64,000 nucleotides of DNA from Candidatus Calditenuis fumarioli (GTDB lineage: Archaea; Thermoproteota; Nitrososphaeria_A; Caldarchaeales; Calditenuaceae). The DNA lies in assembly GCA_030059665.1 (NCBI GenBank), contig JANVYR010000001.1, positions 793,046-857,045 on the forward strand, read 5' to 3'. Every line of letters starts with the position of its first letter. Position 1 is the stretch's first letter. Both the position numbers and the translations under genes were made by a program. The notes beneath the pieces were generated by a model, which was not told where the DNA came from, did not search any database, and saw nothing but the letters and a program-made list of their open reading frames with translations. This document shows, piece by piece, positions 18,681-27,367 of this stretch.

Positions 18681-19919
18681 GTGGGAGCGCTAACCGGAGC
18701 GATCTCGCTGGTCTGCCGGGAATGCGGCAAGGACCACGGCCACGTGCTGGCCTACGCCTGTGACGAGTGCCTCGGAGCCCTCGAGGTGAAAATCGATTTC
18801 GACAGGGTTCAGGTGACGAGGACCAAGATCTCGTCGAGGAACAAGGACCTCTGGAGGTACAGGGAGTTCCTGCCGGTAATCGACGACTCGTGTGTCGTGA
18901 ACCTCGGAACCGGCTTCACACCGCTGCTCAGGGCCGATTCGCTCGCCAAGGCCATAGGCGTCAGGAGGCTCTACATCAAGAACGACACGGTCAACCCGAC
19001 GTTCAGCTTCAAGGACAGGCCTGCGGGCATCGCGGTCTCAAAGGCGAGGGAGTTCCGGATGGCCGCGGTCGGATGCGCCTCCACGGGAAACCTCGCGGGT
19101 TCCACGGCGGCCCACGCCTCCGCTGCGGGTCTGAAGTCGTTCGTCTTCATGCCATCCACGGTAGAGGACCCGAAGGTCTTCCACGCCTCAATCTACGGGT
19201 CGACGGTGATCCTCGTGGACGGCACGTACGACGACGTGAACAGGATGGCAGCCCTCGCCGCGGACAGGTTCAACATCGGCGTGGTCAACGTCAACCTCAG
19301 GCCCTACTATGTCGAGGGGTCGAAGACGATGGGGCTCGAGATAGCCGAGCAGCTCGGGTGGAGGCTCCCTGACAGGATCGTCGTGCCCTGCGCCAGCGGA
19401 GCTCTTCTCTCCGCGATACACAAGGGGATAGCCGAGGCCCACGAAGCAGGCCTTATCGAGGACGACAGCGTCGCGATGACCTGCGCCCAGCCGGAGGGTT
19501 GCTCTCCGATCGTCTCGGCCTTCAGGAGAGGGCTCGAGAGGGTGGAGCCGGTGAGGAACCCCAAGACCCTGGTCCAGAGCCTAGCCATCGGAGAGCCGGG
19601 CGACGGGCTCCAGGCGCTGCGGGTCATCAGGAAGACCGGCGGGACAGCGGGCGCGGTCAGCGATCAAGAGGCGATCGATGCGGTTTACCTGCTAGCGAAA
19701 GAGACGGGGATCTTCGCGGAGCCGGGCGGCGCCATCTCGGTGGCCGTGCTGAAGAGGCTCGTCGAGGAGGGCGAGGTGGGAAGGGACGAGGAGGTGGTGT
19801 GCTGCGTGACGGGCACTGGGTTCAAGACGCTCGAGGTCTTCCCTCCGCCGGAGAACCAGATCAGGATACCTGCCAGCTTCCAGGCGCTGAGCGCCGCGAT
19901 AGGGCCGCTCCTCCGCTGA
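18681..19919 (+). CDS. thrC: Threonine synthase-like PLP enzyme with N-terminal Zn ribbon
   Basis: CRECG..CDEC, NPTFSFKDR PLP lysine, CASTGN, YYVEGSKT, EPGGA; start GTG 18681 assumed. Confidence 0.88.
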   Translation: MGALTGAISLVCRECGKDHGHVLAYACDECLGALEVKIDFDRVQVTRTKISSRNKDLWRYREFLPVIDDSCVVNLGTGFTPLLRADSLAKAIGVRRLYIKNDTVNPTFSFKDRPAGIAVSKAREFRMAAVGCASTGNLAGSTAAHASAAGLKSFVFMPSTVEDPKVFHASIYGSTVILVDGTYDDVNRMAALAADRFNIGVVNVNLRPYYVEGSKTMGLEIAEQLGWRLPDRIVVPCASGALLSAIHKGIAEAHEAGLIEDDSVAMTCAQPEGCSPIVSAFRRGLERVEPVRNPKTLVQSLAIGEPGDGLQALRVIRKTGGTAGAVSDQEAIDAVYLLAKETGIFAEPGGAISVAVLKRLVEEGEVGRDEEVVCCVTGTGFKTLEVFPPPENQIRIPASFQALSAAIGPLLR

Positions 19920-19968
19920 CGGGTGTGTGGATCAAGCTTAATTTGCTCAAGTCAGACCAACAGCACGG

Positions 19969-20241
19969 TTGAGGGTCAGGACGCTCTACTTCGCCAGGCT
20001 CAGGGAGCTGACGGGAAGGGAAGAGGAGGAGCTGGACGTTCCCGAGAACGCGACCTGTGCCGACGTCGTCAGGTTCATCGCGGATCGGTACGGAGACGCC
20101 CTCCGCCGCTACCTCTTCGACGAGTCCGGATCCCTCAGGCGTGGTCTGGCGATTGCCCTCAACGGGGAGAAGGTCAGCCCCGAGACGCCGGTTCGCGAGG
20201 GCGACACGGTAGTGGTCATCCCTCCGATCTCGGGTGGCTGA
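19969..20241 (+). CDS. MoaD/ThiS/SAMP ubiquitin-like sulfur carrier
   Basis: LYFARLRELTG...LNGE...LxEGDxVxxIPPISGG with C-terminal Gly-Gly. Confidence 0.93.
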   Translation: MRVRTLYFARLRELTGREEEELDVPENATCADVVRFIADRYGDALRRYLFDESGSLRRGLAIALNGEKVSPETPVREGDTVVVIPPISGG

Positions 20242-20556
20242 TCAGCGCCTCAGTTTCCTCAGCAGGTCCACGTCGAGCGTCCCGGTCAGCCGGTAAACGT
20301 GGACGAGCAGGATCACGGCAACCGCGATCACCGCAGCCCCCACTCCGAGCGAGAGCAGGACGAAGCCCATCCCGAGGGGGTCGACGCCGAGGTCGCTGGA
20401 CGTGGCGTACGTCACCAGGTTCAAGTGGGCCGCGTTGATCATCAGCTCTATCGCCACCAGCTGCTTGATCAGGTGACGCTTCGATGCGAGCGTGTAGACT
20501 CCGAGCGCGAAGAGCAGGGCGGCGAAGACCGTGAGGATCGTGATGGGCAGTGCCAA
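20242..20556 (-). CDS. nuoK: NADH-quinone oxidoreductase subunit K / MnhC-like
   Basis: 3 TM; LIKQLVAIELMINAAHLNLV, GVGAA. Confidence 0.85.
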   Translation of the reverse strand: MALPITILTVFAALLFALGVYTLASKRHLIKQLVAIELMINAAHLNLVTYATSSDLGVDPLGMGFVLLSLGVGAAVIAVAVILLVHVYRLTGTLDVDLLRKLRR

Positions 20557-20560
20557 TCTC

Positions 20561-20827
20561 TCACCTCCTCGAGATCACCACGACTAGGCCGCCGATGCCG
20601 AGGGCAAGCGCGAGGACTACGACGAAGATCCCGATCAGTGGGAACGCGAGCCCGGACCAGAGCAGGGAGCTGACGTCCCTCCCGAGAGCTCCCACGTCCT
20701 CCCTTACCAGCCTGTTAAGCGCGTCCCCCCAGTACCTGTAGACAGGTGGTGAGGTGGCGAGGGTGAAGAAGATCACCGCGGCCAGCAGGATCGAGGAGAC
20801 CGTGCCGAAGACCTGCGTCCACCTCAT
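20561..20827 (-). CDS. Small membrane protein, likely C-terminal half of a split NuoJ
   Basis: 2 TM; DVGALGRDVSSLLW..FPLIGIFVVVLALALG resembles the NuoJ C-terminal G..LF....PFE...LLL region. Confidence 0.6.
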   Translation of the reverse strand: MRWTQVFGTVSSILLAAVIFFTLATSPPVYRYWGDALNRLVREDVGALGRDVSSLLWSGLAFPLIGIFVVVLALALGIGGLVVVISRR

Positions 20828-21075
20828 GCCGTCTCATCCCTCCTCCGCGTGAACATGACCACCAGCATCAGCAGCGCTACCGCTCCTCCCGAGTAGACCA
20901 GAATCTGGAAGATCCCGACGACAGCGGCGCCGAGCGCCACGAACAGCAGCCCGAGCGAGACCGTGAAGACCAGGAACCACATGGCCGTCCTGACGAGGCT
21001 CCTGCTCTCGATCGCGAGGATCGCGGATGCGGTGGCCAGCAGCAAAAGCGCCGCCTCGATCGTCGACGGTTCCAT
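20824..21075 (-). CDS. nuoJ: NuoJ N-terminal half (3 TM)
   Basis: LGAAVVGIFQILVYSGGAVALLMLVVMF signature; ATG 21075. Confidence 0.85.
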   Translation of the reverse strand: MEPSTIEAALLLLATASAILAIESRSLVRTAMWFLVFTVSLGLLFVALGAAVVGIFQILVYSGGAVALLMLVVMFTRRRDETA

Positions 21076-21119
21076 CAGGCATTCAGCTCTGCAAGCATCT
21101 CTTTTACCTTCACCCGCGC

Positions 21120-22286
21120 CTAATCCGACCTGATCTCGATGACGTCGCCGTCCTGGAGCTGGTGGTCGGGGCCGACGCGCTGCCCCTGAACCTTGACCGA
21201 CCTGCCCCAAACCCTCGCGTACCGGAAGTTCCTCGCAAGGTCCTTGTGGATGAGCTCGGCCAGCTCCAGGACCGTCGAGCCCTTCGGCATCAGGATCGGC
21301 CTTTTGGAGACCACCCCGTCCTTCTGGGTGTAGACCCTGATCATCTCGAGCGACGCGAAGACCTCAGCCTTCAGCGCCTCGAGCGACAATGTGTCGTTCA
21401 CCGAGGCTGCGACGACCGGGATCCGGAGATGCGACCTTATCTCCTCCGCCAGCCTGTCGATCCGCGAGCGCTCCACCAGATCGGCCTTCGTCAGGACCGC
21501 AAGCGCCTTCCTGTAAACCGGCTGAAGGATGACCTGCTCCTCGATCTCGTCCAGGTCGGCGTCCCCGATCACCTTCACGATCGCGGACCTGTAGCCGTAG
21601 GACTTCAGCAGCTCGACCACCTCCTGGTAGCTGCATCGCAGGTTCCCCATCACGACGAGCCTGAGCCCTCCCGTGTCGGTCCTCTGGATCCTGACCTCGC
21701 ACGACCTCTGCCGTAGCGAAACCCCGTGATCCGAGAGGAGCTCCGTGAGCGACTTCAGCTCGGTCACAGGGTCCCTCGAGGCGTCGGCCACAAGCAAGAT
21801 CAGATCGGAGTTGCGGGCAACGGCTATCGACCTCGTGGCGAGCGAGGTGGGCCTCAGGTCCTCGGTCAGAACCGATGGCAGGTCCACCAGCTGGAGCTCC
21901 GCGTCCTGGAAGAGCATCATGCCGGGGAAGGGCCTGGTGGTGGTCAGGGGGTAATCAGCGACGGGCGACTTGGCACCGGTCAGCGCGTTGAAGAGGGATG
22001 ACTTGCCGGAGTTCGCCGCCCCGAGCAGAACGATCTGGGCCCACCCCTCCTTCTCCACCGAGAACTCGTCCCTCCCCCCACCGGATCTCCTCTGCCTCCT
22101 CTCCTCCAGCTCCCTCCTGAGCTCCGCGAGCCTCCTCCTGAGCTGCCTCCTGAGCTTCTCGGTCCCCTTGTGGTCCGGTATCAGGCCGATGGCCTCCTCG
22201 AGCTTCTCGATCTTCTCCTCGAGCGTCCTCGCTGCTGAGTACTCGGCGAGCTTCGCCCTGGCCTCGGCTGGGAGGTTGGTGGGCAT
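21120..22286 (-). CDS. DRG/OBG family GTPase with TGS domain
   Basis: HKGTE, GAANSGKSS, DYPLTT, DLPS, TKAD; TGS with YARVWG..GQRVGPDH.L.DGD. Confidence 0.93.
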   Translation of the reverse strand: MPTNLPAEARAKLAEYSAARTLEEKIEKLEEAIGLIPDHKGTEKLRRQLRRRLAELRRELEERRQRRSGGGRDEFSVEKEGWAQIVLLGAANSGKSSLFNALTGAKSPVADYPLTTTRPFPGMMLFQDAELQLVDLPSVLTEDLRPTSLATRSIAVARNSDLILLVADASRDPVTELKSLTELLSDHGVSLRQRSCEVRIQRTDTGGLRLVVMGNLRCSYQEVVELLKSYGYRSAIVKVIGDADLDEIEEQVILQPVYRKALAVLTKADLVERSRIDRLAEEIRSHLRIPVVAASVNDTLSLEALKAEVFASLEMIRVYTQKDGVVSKRPILMPKGSTVLELAELIHKDLARNFRYARVWGRSVKVQGQRVGPDHQLQDGDVIEIRSD

Positions 22287-22340
22287 GGGCCCTCATCCCG
22301 CTCGGAGCGGCGCGCTTTTCACCTTTGCCGGCTCCTCGGG

Positions 22341-23135
22341 TCACCGCTTCCTGAAATCGGTGATCTCCTTGAAGAGCTGGCCCGCCTTGTGCACCCTGAC
22401 CGCTATCAGGTCCTCGATCCCCGAGGTGGCTATTTTCCTGCCGAGGACCTCCTCGACCTGGAAGACGCCTGCCTCGTTGACGATGTGCACGTCGATCCGA
22501 AGGGGCCTGCTATCTCCCCTGTGGATCTCGACGGAGGAGATGGCGAGCGCCGAGAGCGCGTGTATGTCGGACTTCCCGTGCCGGTACGGGATCCTTGCCC
22601 TTCCCTCGCTCATGTCAGTTCCGTCGGCCACCTTCACGATCCCCGCCTCCACCGTCAGCGACTGGACGCTCTCGTCGTGGCTGAGGATGCAGTGGAGGAC
22701 CTCCGTCCTGATCCTCCGCTCAATCCTCCCGCGCCCGTACACCTTTGGGAGGATCTCCGAGAGGACGCGGTCCGCGATGAAGACGCCCGTGAGGTGATGC
22801 ATGGTCCTGTGCACCATGTTTCCTATGTCGTGGAGGTAGGCGCCGAGCATGGTTATGGCCATCGCGTCCTCGTGCCTGATCCCGTCCAGGCCAACGGTGG
22901 AGAACTTGATCCCGCTGGCCCTCAGGACGTCGAATATCTCGAGCGCCGCACCGGCAACTATCCTGGCGTGCATCGGCCCGTGATCGTTGTAGAAGAGGCG
23001 CTTCACCACCATCTCGTTGCACAGCTCGAGGTAGTCCTGGACCTCCTCGCTCCCCTCCAGGAGCTCGAGGAGCGCCTCCAGCTTCTCCTTCCCCTTCACC
23101 TTCTCCTTGAGGAGCTGCGCCGAGACCCTCACCAA
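22341..23135 (-). CDS. HD-domain phosphohydrolase (COG3294-like)
   Basis: NDHGPMH, LHDIG, H+D, ADGTDMSEGRAR, HALSA. Confidence 0.85.
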   Translation of the reverse strand: MVRVSAQLLKEKVKGKEKLEALLELLEGSEEVQDYLELCNEMVVKRLFYNDHGPMHARIVAGAALEIFDVLRASGIKFSTVGLDGIRHEDAMAITMLGAYLHDIGNMVHRTMHHLTGVFIADRVLSEILPKVYGRGRIERRIRTEVLHCILSHDESVQSLTVEAGIVKVADGTDMSEGRARIPYRHGKSDIHALSALAISSVEIHRGDSRPLRIDVHIVNEAGVFQVEEVLGRKIATSGIEDLIAVRVHKAGQLFKEITDFRKR

Positions 23136-23251
23136 GCCCCCGTTACAGCAAGCGTTCGGGATAAAGGGGTTAGCGGTCGGTGGTTCCTAGGACGAACGGC
23201 CCCATCGGAGGGTCCCTGGCTCCATCACGCCGTCCGAGCTGAAGTGTACGG

Positions 23252-24724
23252 TCACCTGACATCCGGGTAGGAAAGGGCTCGGGAAAGCCACGCCTTAAGC
23301 TCCGATACCGGAACCCTCTCCTGCCTCGTGGTGTCCCTGTCCCTGACCGTAACGGTGTCGTCCTGGAGCGTCTGGTAGTCCACGGTGACGCAGAAGGGAA
23401 CCCCGATCTCGTCGAGCATCCGGTACCTCTTCCCGATCGTGTCGTCGGCCTCGTAGACCGCATCGAAGTCGATCCTGAGGGCCTCGTAGACCTCCATCGC
23501 CTTCTCCGGGAGGCCGTCCCTGTCCACCAGCGGAAGCACCGCTACCTGCACGGGTGCGAGGAATGGCGGCAGCCTCAGTACCCTTCGGCGGCCGTCGCTG
23601 GTGAGGTTGTGCTCGAGCAGGACGTAGACGCTACGGTCGACGCCCATCGAGAGCTCGAAGACGTGCGGGACGAACTTCCTTCCCCTGTTGTATGCGGTCA
23701 GGTCCTTCCCGCTGACCCTCATGTGACCCGAGAGGTCGTAGTCCCCCCTGTAGTTGCATGCCACGAGCTCGACCCAGCCCAGCGACGTCTGGACCTCCAG
23801 GTCCCACGACTCCCTGGCGTAGAAGGGCTTCTCGTCCTCGCCGAGCCTCCTCAACCTGATCCTCGTCCTGTCTATCCCGATGATCTCGTAGAACCTCTGT
23901 ATCAGCGCGAGGTAGTAGGCCTCTATCCTCATCGGCACAAGTCCCTCCCTGACCGCTTCCTCGGCCGTGATCTCCGTCACCGACTCGCCGTCGTGCGCGA
24001 GCCTGAGCCTGTGGTCCTTGAGCCTGGCCCACCTTCTTTCGTCCAGGTCGTCCTCCGGGTCGAAGAGGACCTCGACCTCTGCCTGGTAGAACTCCCTAAG
24101 CCTCAGCAGCCCCTGTCGGGGCGAGATCTCGTTCCTGAAGCTCTTGCCGAACTGGCATAGCGGCAACGGGAACCTAGACCAGCCTATCTTGTAGACCCTG
24201 AGGAAGTCGATAAAGAGGGACTGGCACGTCTCGGGTCTCAGGTAGGCCTCCGCACCCTCCCCTCCAACGGAGACCCTGAACATCATGTTGAACCTCGTCA
24301 CCTCTGAGAGCTCGCCGCCGCAGCTCGGGCACCTCACGCCCTCCCTCAGGATCATCGCGTAGATCTCGCTGTCCGGTAGGCGCTCGGGCACGATCTTGCC
24401 GGTCTTCTCCTGGAGGAGTCTGTCGGCCCTGAACACCGAGCCGCATCGGAGGCACCTGGTTATCGGGTCGGCGAACGACTCGAGGTGCCCGGAAGCGACG
24501 AAGACGTCCTTCGCCATGATCACCGAACCGTCGAGCTCCACCATCCCGTCGTACCTGACCACGTACCTCCTCCAAGCCTCGACGTACCTGTTCTTCAGCG
24601 CGTTCCCCAGCGGTCCGTAGTCCCAGAAGCCAGCCGGTGCACCGTCGTATATCTCGCAGGATGGGAAGTAGAACCCCCTCCGCAGCGCGAGCTCCATCAC
24701 CTCGTCGTAAGCCCTTCCTGACAT
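23252..24724 (-). CDS. glyS: Glycine--tRNA ligase (alpha2, archaeal/eukaryal type)
   Basis: RRGFYFPSCEIY, YLRPETCQ, GKSFRNEISPRQGLLRLREF, IGKRYR.DEIGVPFCVTVD. Confidence 0.96.
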   Translation of the reverse strand: MSGRAYDEVMELALRRGFYFPSCEIYDGAPAGFWDYGPLGNALKNRYVEAWRRYVVRYDGMVELDGSVIMAKDVFVASGHLESFADPITRCLRCGSVFRADRLLQEKTGKIVPERLPDSEIYAMILREGVRCPSCGGELSEVTRFNMMFRVSVGGEGAEAYLRPETCQSLFIDFLRVYKIGWSRFPLPLCQFGKSFRNEISPRQGLLRLREFYQAEVEVLFDPEDDLDERRWARLKDHRLRLAHDGESVTEITAEEAVREGLVPMRIEAYYLALIQRFYEIIGIDRTRIRLRRLGEDEKPFYARESWDLEVQTSLGWVELVACNYRGDYDLSGHMRVSGKDLTAYNRGRKFVPHVFELSMGVDRSVYVLLEHNLTSDGRRRVLRLPPFLAPVQVAVLPLVDRDGLPEKAMEVYEALRIDFDAVYEADDTIGKRYRMLDEIGVPFCVTVDYQTLQDDTVTVRDRDTTRQERVPVSELKAWLSRALSYPDVR

Positions 24725-24821
24725 CCCGCCACCCGTTCGTCCCCTCACCGGAGCTATTTGAGCGTCGGTTTCGCAGGAGCGGGTTCACTCCACGGATGTC
24801 GTCTTTGCGTTGACCGTGCCT

Positions 24822-25661
24822 TCAGCCGAGTGGGGCCCCGCAGTTCGGACACCTGCCCCCTATGTCGCGCCAGGTCTCCACGCACTCCCTGTGCATTGGA
24901 GCACCGCAGGAGCCGCAGGTCTTCAGCGCGCTGGCCGGGATCTGATCGCCGCAGATGGCGCACTCCATGCTGGCTGCTTGTGCCCTCGGAGGCTGGACGG
25001 CCTGAGGTCCAACGGCGGCCCTCTCGGCCTGCGAGTCCCTGACCTCTACTGCGGATTCCTCCTGCCTGAGGAGCTCCTCGAAGACCTCCTCCTCCCTGCT
25101 CAGGGAGGGCTCCTCGTAGCTGGTGACCGTCCCCGTCTCGTACTCCACAGCCGGGACCTGCGAGGGCGTGTAGGCCATTATCGGTACCTGCGAGGGAGAG
25201 GGCGAGGGCCTCAGGGCCACAAATCCTATCACAGCGGATATGAACCCTCCCCCTGCCATGGCCACGCCGGTGAAGAGCGCCGCGATCGCTCCCACCTCGG
25301 GCTTGAACTGGACCTCAAGAGACGGCAACTGGTGGAGGATGACGTACAGCGGCGAGAGGATCGCGAGCGCTGCTCCTCCGAGGGCCAGTGCCGGGACCGT
25401 GAAGCGCAGGACCTTGACGTTCGAGGAGAGGGACGCCAGCACCCCAGCGCCCCCGGCCAGTAGGCCCGCCAGGATGGAGAGGGTGAAGCTCCAGCTCAGG
25501 ACGAACCCCTGGATGCCCCGGACGACGACGTTGTCGTTCAGGAGCGAGGCCCAGTCCAGCAGCAGCGTCAGGACGTGGATCGCGCCGAGCACCGCGATCA
25601 GCGATCCCACCCGGATCAGCCTCACCAGCGCGTCCCTTACGTCGGTCCCCGTGACGAGCAT
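24822..25661 (-). CDS. Four-TM membrane protein with C-terminal C4HC3 RING-like zinc finger
   Basis: Four hydrophobic segments, Pro/Glu-rich linker, CAIC-x11-CGSC-x4-H-x2-C-VETW-x6-CPNC. Confidence 0.75.
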   Translation of the reverse strand: MLVTGTDVRDALVRLIRVGSLIAVLGAIHVLTLLLDWASLLNDNVVVRGIQGFVLSWSFTLSILAGLLAGGAGVLASLSSNVKVLRFTVPALALGGAALAILSPLYVILHQLPSLEVQFKPEVGAIAALFTGVAMAGGGFISAVIGFVALRPSPSPSQVPIMAYTPSQVPAVEYETGTVTSYEEPSLSREEEVFEELLRQEESAVEVRDSQAERAAVGPQAVQPPRAQAASMECAICGDQIPASALKTCGSCGAPMHRECVETWRDIGGRCPNCGAPLG

Positions 25662-25760
25662 GCCTGCGTGTCCACCACTCAGCTCGTATATAAGTCGGCA
25701 CGGCGCATGGGATGCGGACGCTTCACGGGTAGCGCCGCCGTCCGGTAAGGGGTCGCTCGT

Positions 25761-26210
25761 TCATGGAACCTCCTTCACGGTCTCGAAGACGAAGCAGGTC
25801 TCGGTCCTGGCGACGCTCTTCATGGTCCTGAGACGGTCTATCACCAGCCTGCCCACGTCCTCCGTCGAGGCCGCACGGACCTTCAGGATCATGTCCCACT
25901 GGCCGCTCACAAGGTGGACCTCGTAGACGTCCTCGATCCGCGCTATCTGGGAGGCCAGCTCCCGTTGCGATATCTCCTGAGCTGGAGTGAACGAGACCAG
26001 CACGAACGCGGTCGTCCCGCGTCCTATCTTGGCGTAGTCCGGTATCGCGGTGAAGCTCCTGATGTACCCGAGCTCCGTCAGCCGCCGAACGCGCTCCTGA
26101 ACCGTCGTCCTCGGTATCGAGAGCTCCGCCGCGAGCTCGGTGAACGACTTCCTCGCGTCCCGCCTGAGCGCCTCCAGTATCCTCAGGTCCCTCTCGTCGA
26201 TCTCCGTCAC
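25761..26210 (-). CDS. Lrp/AsnC family transcriptional regulator
   Basis: IDERDLRILEALRRDARKSFTELA HTH; VSGQWD RAM domain; GTG 26210. Confidence 0.92.
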   Translation of the reverse strand: MTEIDERDLRILEALRRDARKSFTELAAELSIPRTTVQERVRRLTELGYIRSFTAIPDYAKIGRGTTAFVLVSFTPAQEISQRELASQIARIEDVYEVHLVSGQWDMILKVRAASTEDVGRLVIDRLRTMKSVARTETCFVFETVKEVP

Positions 26211-26296
26211 GTTGACGGCATCCCAAGGCCCAAATATAACACTGTGACTTAAACAACCGCCTAACACAAGCCGGATTAAGATATTTAAAGGACTTA

Positions 26297-27361
26297 GTGG
26301 AACCGGAGGTGTTGAGCCGCGTCAAGGACGTCGCGATCCTCGGCTACGGAGGGTACGTTCCCCGATACAGGATAAGGGCCTCCGAGATAGCGCGGGTCTG
26401 GGGAAGGGACGACGACGCGCTTCCGATCAAGGAGAAGTCGGTCAACGGGATCGACGAGGACGTGATAACCATGGCCATAGAGGCGTGCAAATACGCGCTG
26501 CGGAGGGCCGGGATAGACGTCCGGAGGATAGGCGCCGTGAACGTGGGGTCCGAGTCCCACCCATACGCGGTAAAGCCGTCGGGGACCGTCGTGGCTGAGG
26601 CGCTCGGGATACCGCCGACGCACCTCTCCGCGGACCTCGAGTTCGCCTGCAAGGCCGGCACCGAGGCGATGCAGATGATCGCGGGCCTGGTGTCTTCTGG
26701 GCTGATAGAATATGGGATAGCGGTTGGAGCTGACACAGCTCAGGGGAGGCCCTCCGATGCCCTCGAGTTCACGGCCGCAGCCGGAGCGGCAGCCTTCGTT
26801 CTGGGCAGGAGCAACGGCGACGAGGTGGCGACGATCGAGCACGTGGTGAGCTACGTCACCGACACGCCCGACTTCTGGAGGAGGGCCCACGAGAGGTATC
26901 CCCGACACGCCTCGAGGTTCACCGGCGAGCCGGCCTACTTCCACCACACGGTATCTGCCGTGAAGGCCCTTCTGGAGGAGACGGGACTGAAGGTCTCCGA
27001 CATCGACTACTTCGTCTTCCATCAGCCCAACTACAAGTTCCCGTACGCCGCCGCGAAGGTCCTGCAGATACCTAAGGAGAAGGTGGATCCCGGGGTCGTG
27101 ACGAACGTGATAGGCAACACCTACGCCGCCTGCTCTCCGCTGGGGCTCGTCAGGGTCCTCGACCACGCCAAGCCCGGGCAGAGGATCGTGCTGACCTCCT
27201 TCGGTTCCGGTGCGGGAAGCGACTCCTTCCTCATCGTGACGAGGGAGGGCCTGGAGAGGAAGAGGAACCTCGCTCCGCTGCTGGACACCCTGATCGCCCG
27301 TGCCAAGTACATCGACTACGCCCAGTACCTGAGGCACCGCGACAAGATCAGGACCTCGTGA
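26297..27361 (+). CDS. Hydroxymethylglutaryl-CoA synthase (archaeal)
   Basis: GSESHPYAVKP, EFACKAGT, FHQPN, GNTYA, SFGSGAGSD. Confidence 0.95.
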   Translation: MEPEVLSRVKDVAILGYGGYVPRYRIRASEIARVWGRDDDALPIKEKSVNGIDEDVITMAIEACKYALRRAGIDVRRIGAVNVGSESHPYAVKPSGTVVAEALGIPPTHLSADLEFACKAGTEAMQMIAGLVSSGLIEYGIAVGADTAQGRPSDALEFTAAAGAAAFVLGRSNGDEVATIEHVVSYVTDTPDFWRRAHERYPRHASRFTGEPAYFHHTVSAVKALLEETGLKVSDIDYFVFHQPNYKFPYAAAKVLQIPKEKVDPGVVTNVIGNTYAACSPLGLVRVLDHAKPGQRIVLTSFGSGAGSDSFLIVTREGLERKRNLAPLLDTLIARAKYIDYAQYLRHRDKIRTS

Positions 27362-27367
27362 TGGTCG

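Noticed and set aside
23187-23228. Possible C/D box sRNA between glyS and the HD gene (GTGATGG...CCGA...CTAG on the minus strand)
   Set aside because: The boxes deviate from RUGAUGA/CUGA and no target complementarity was established.
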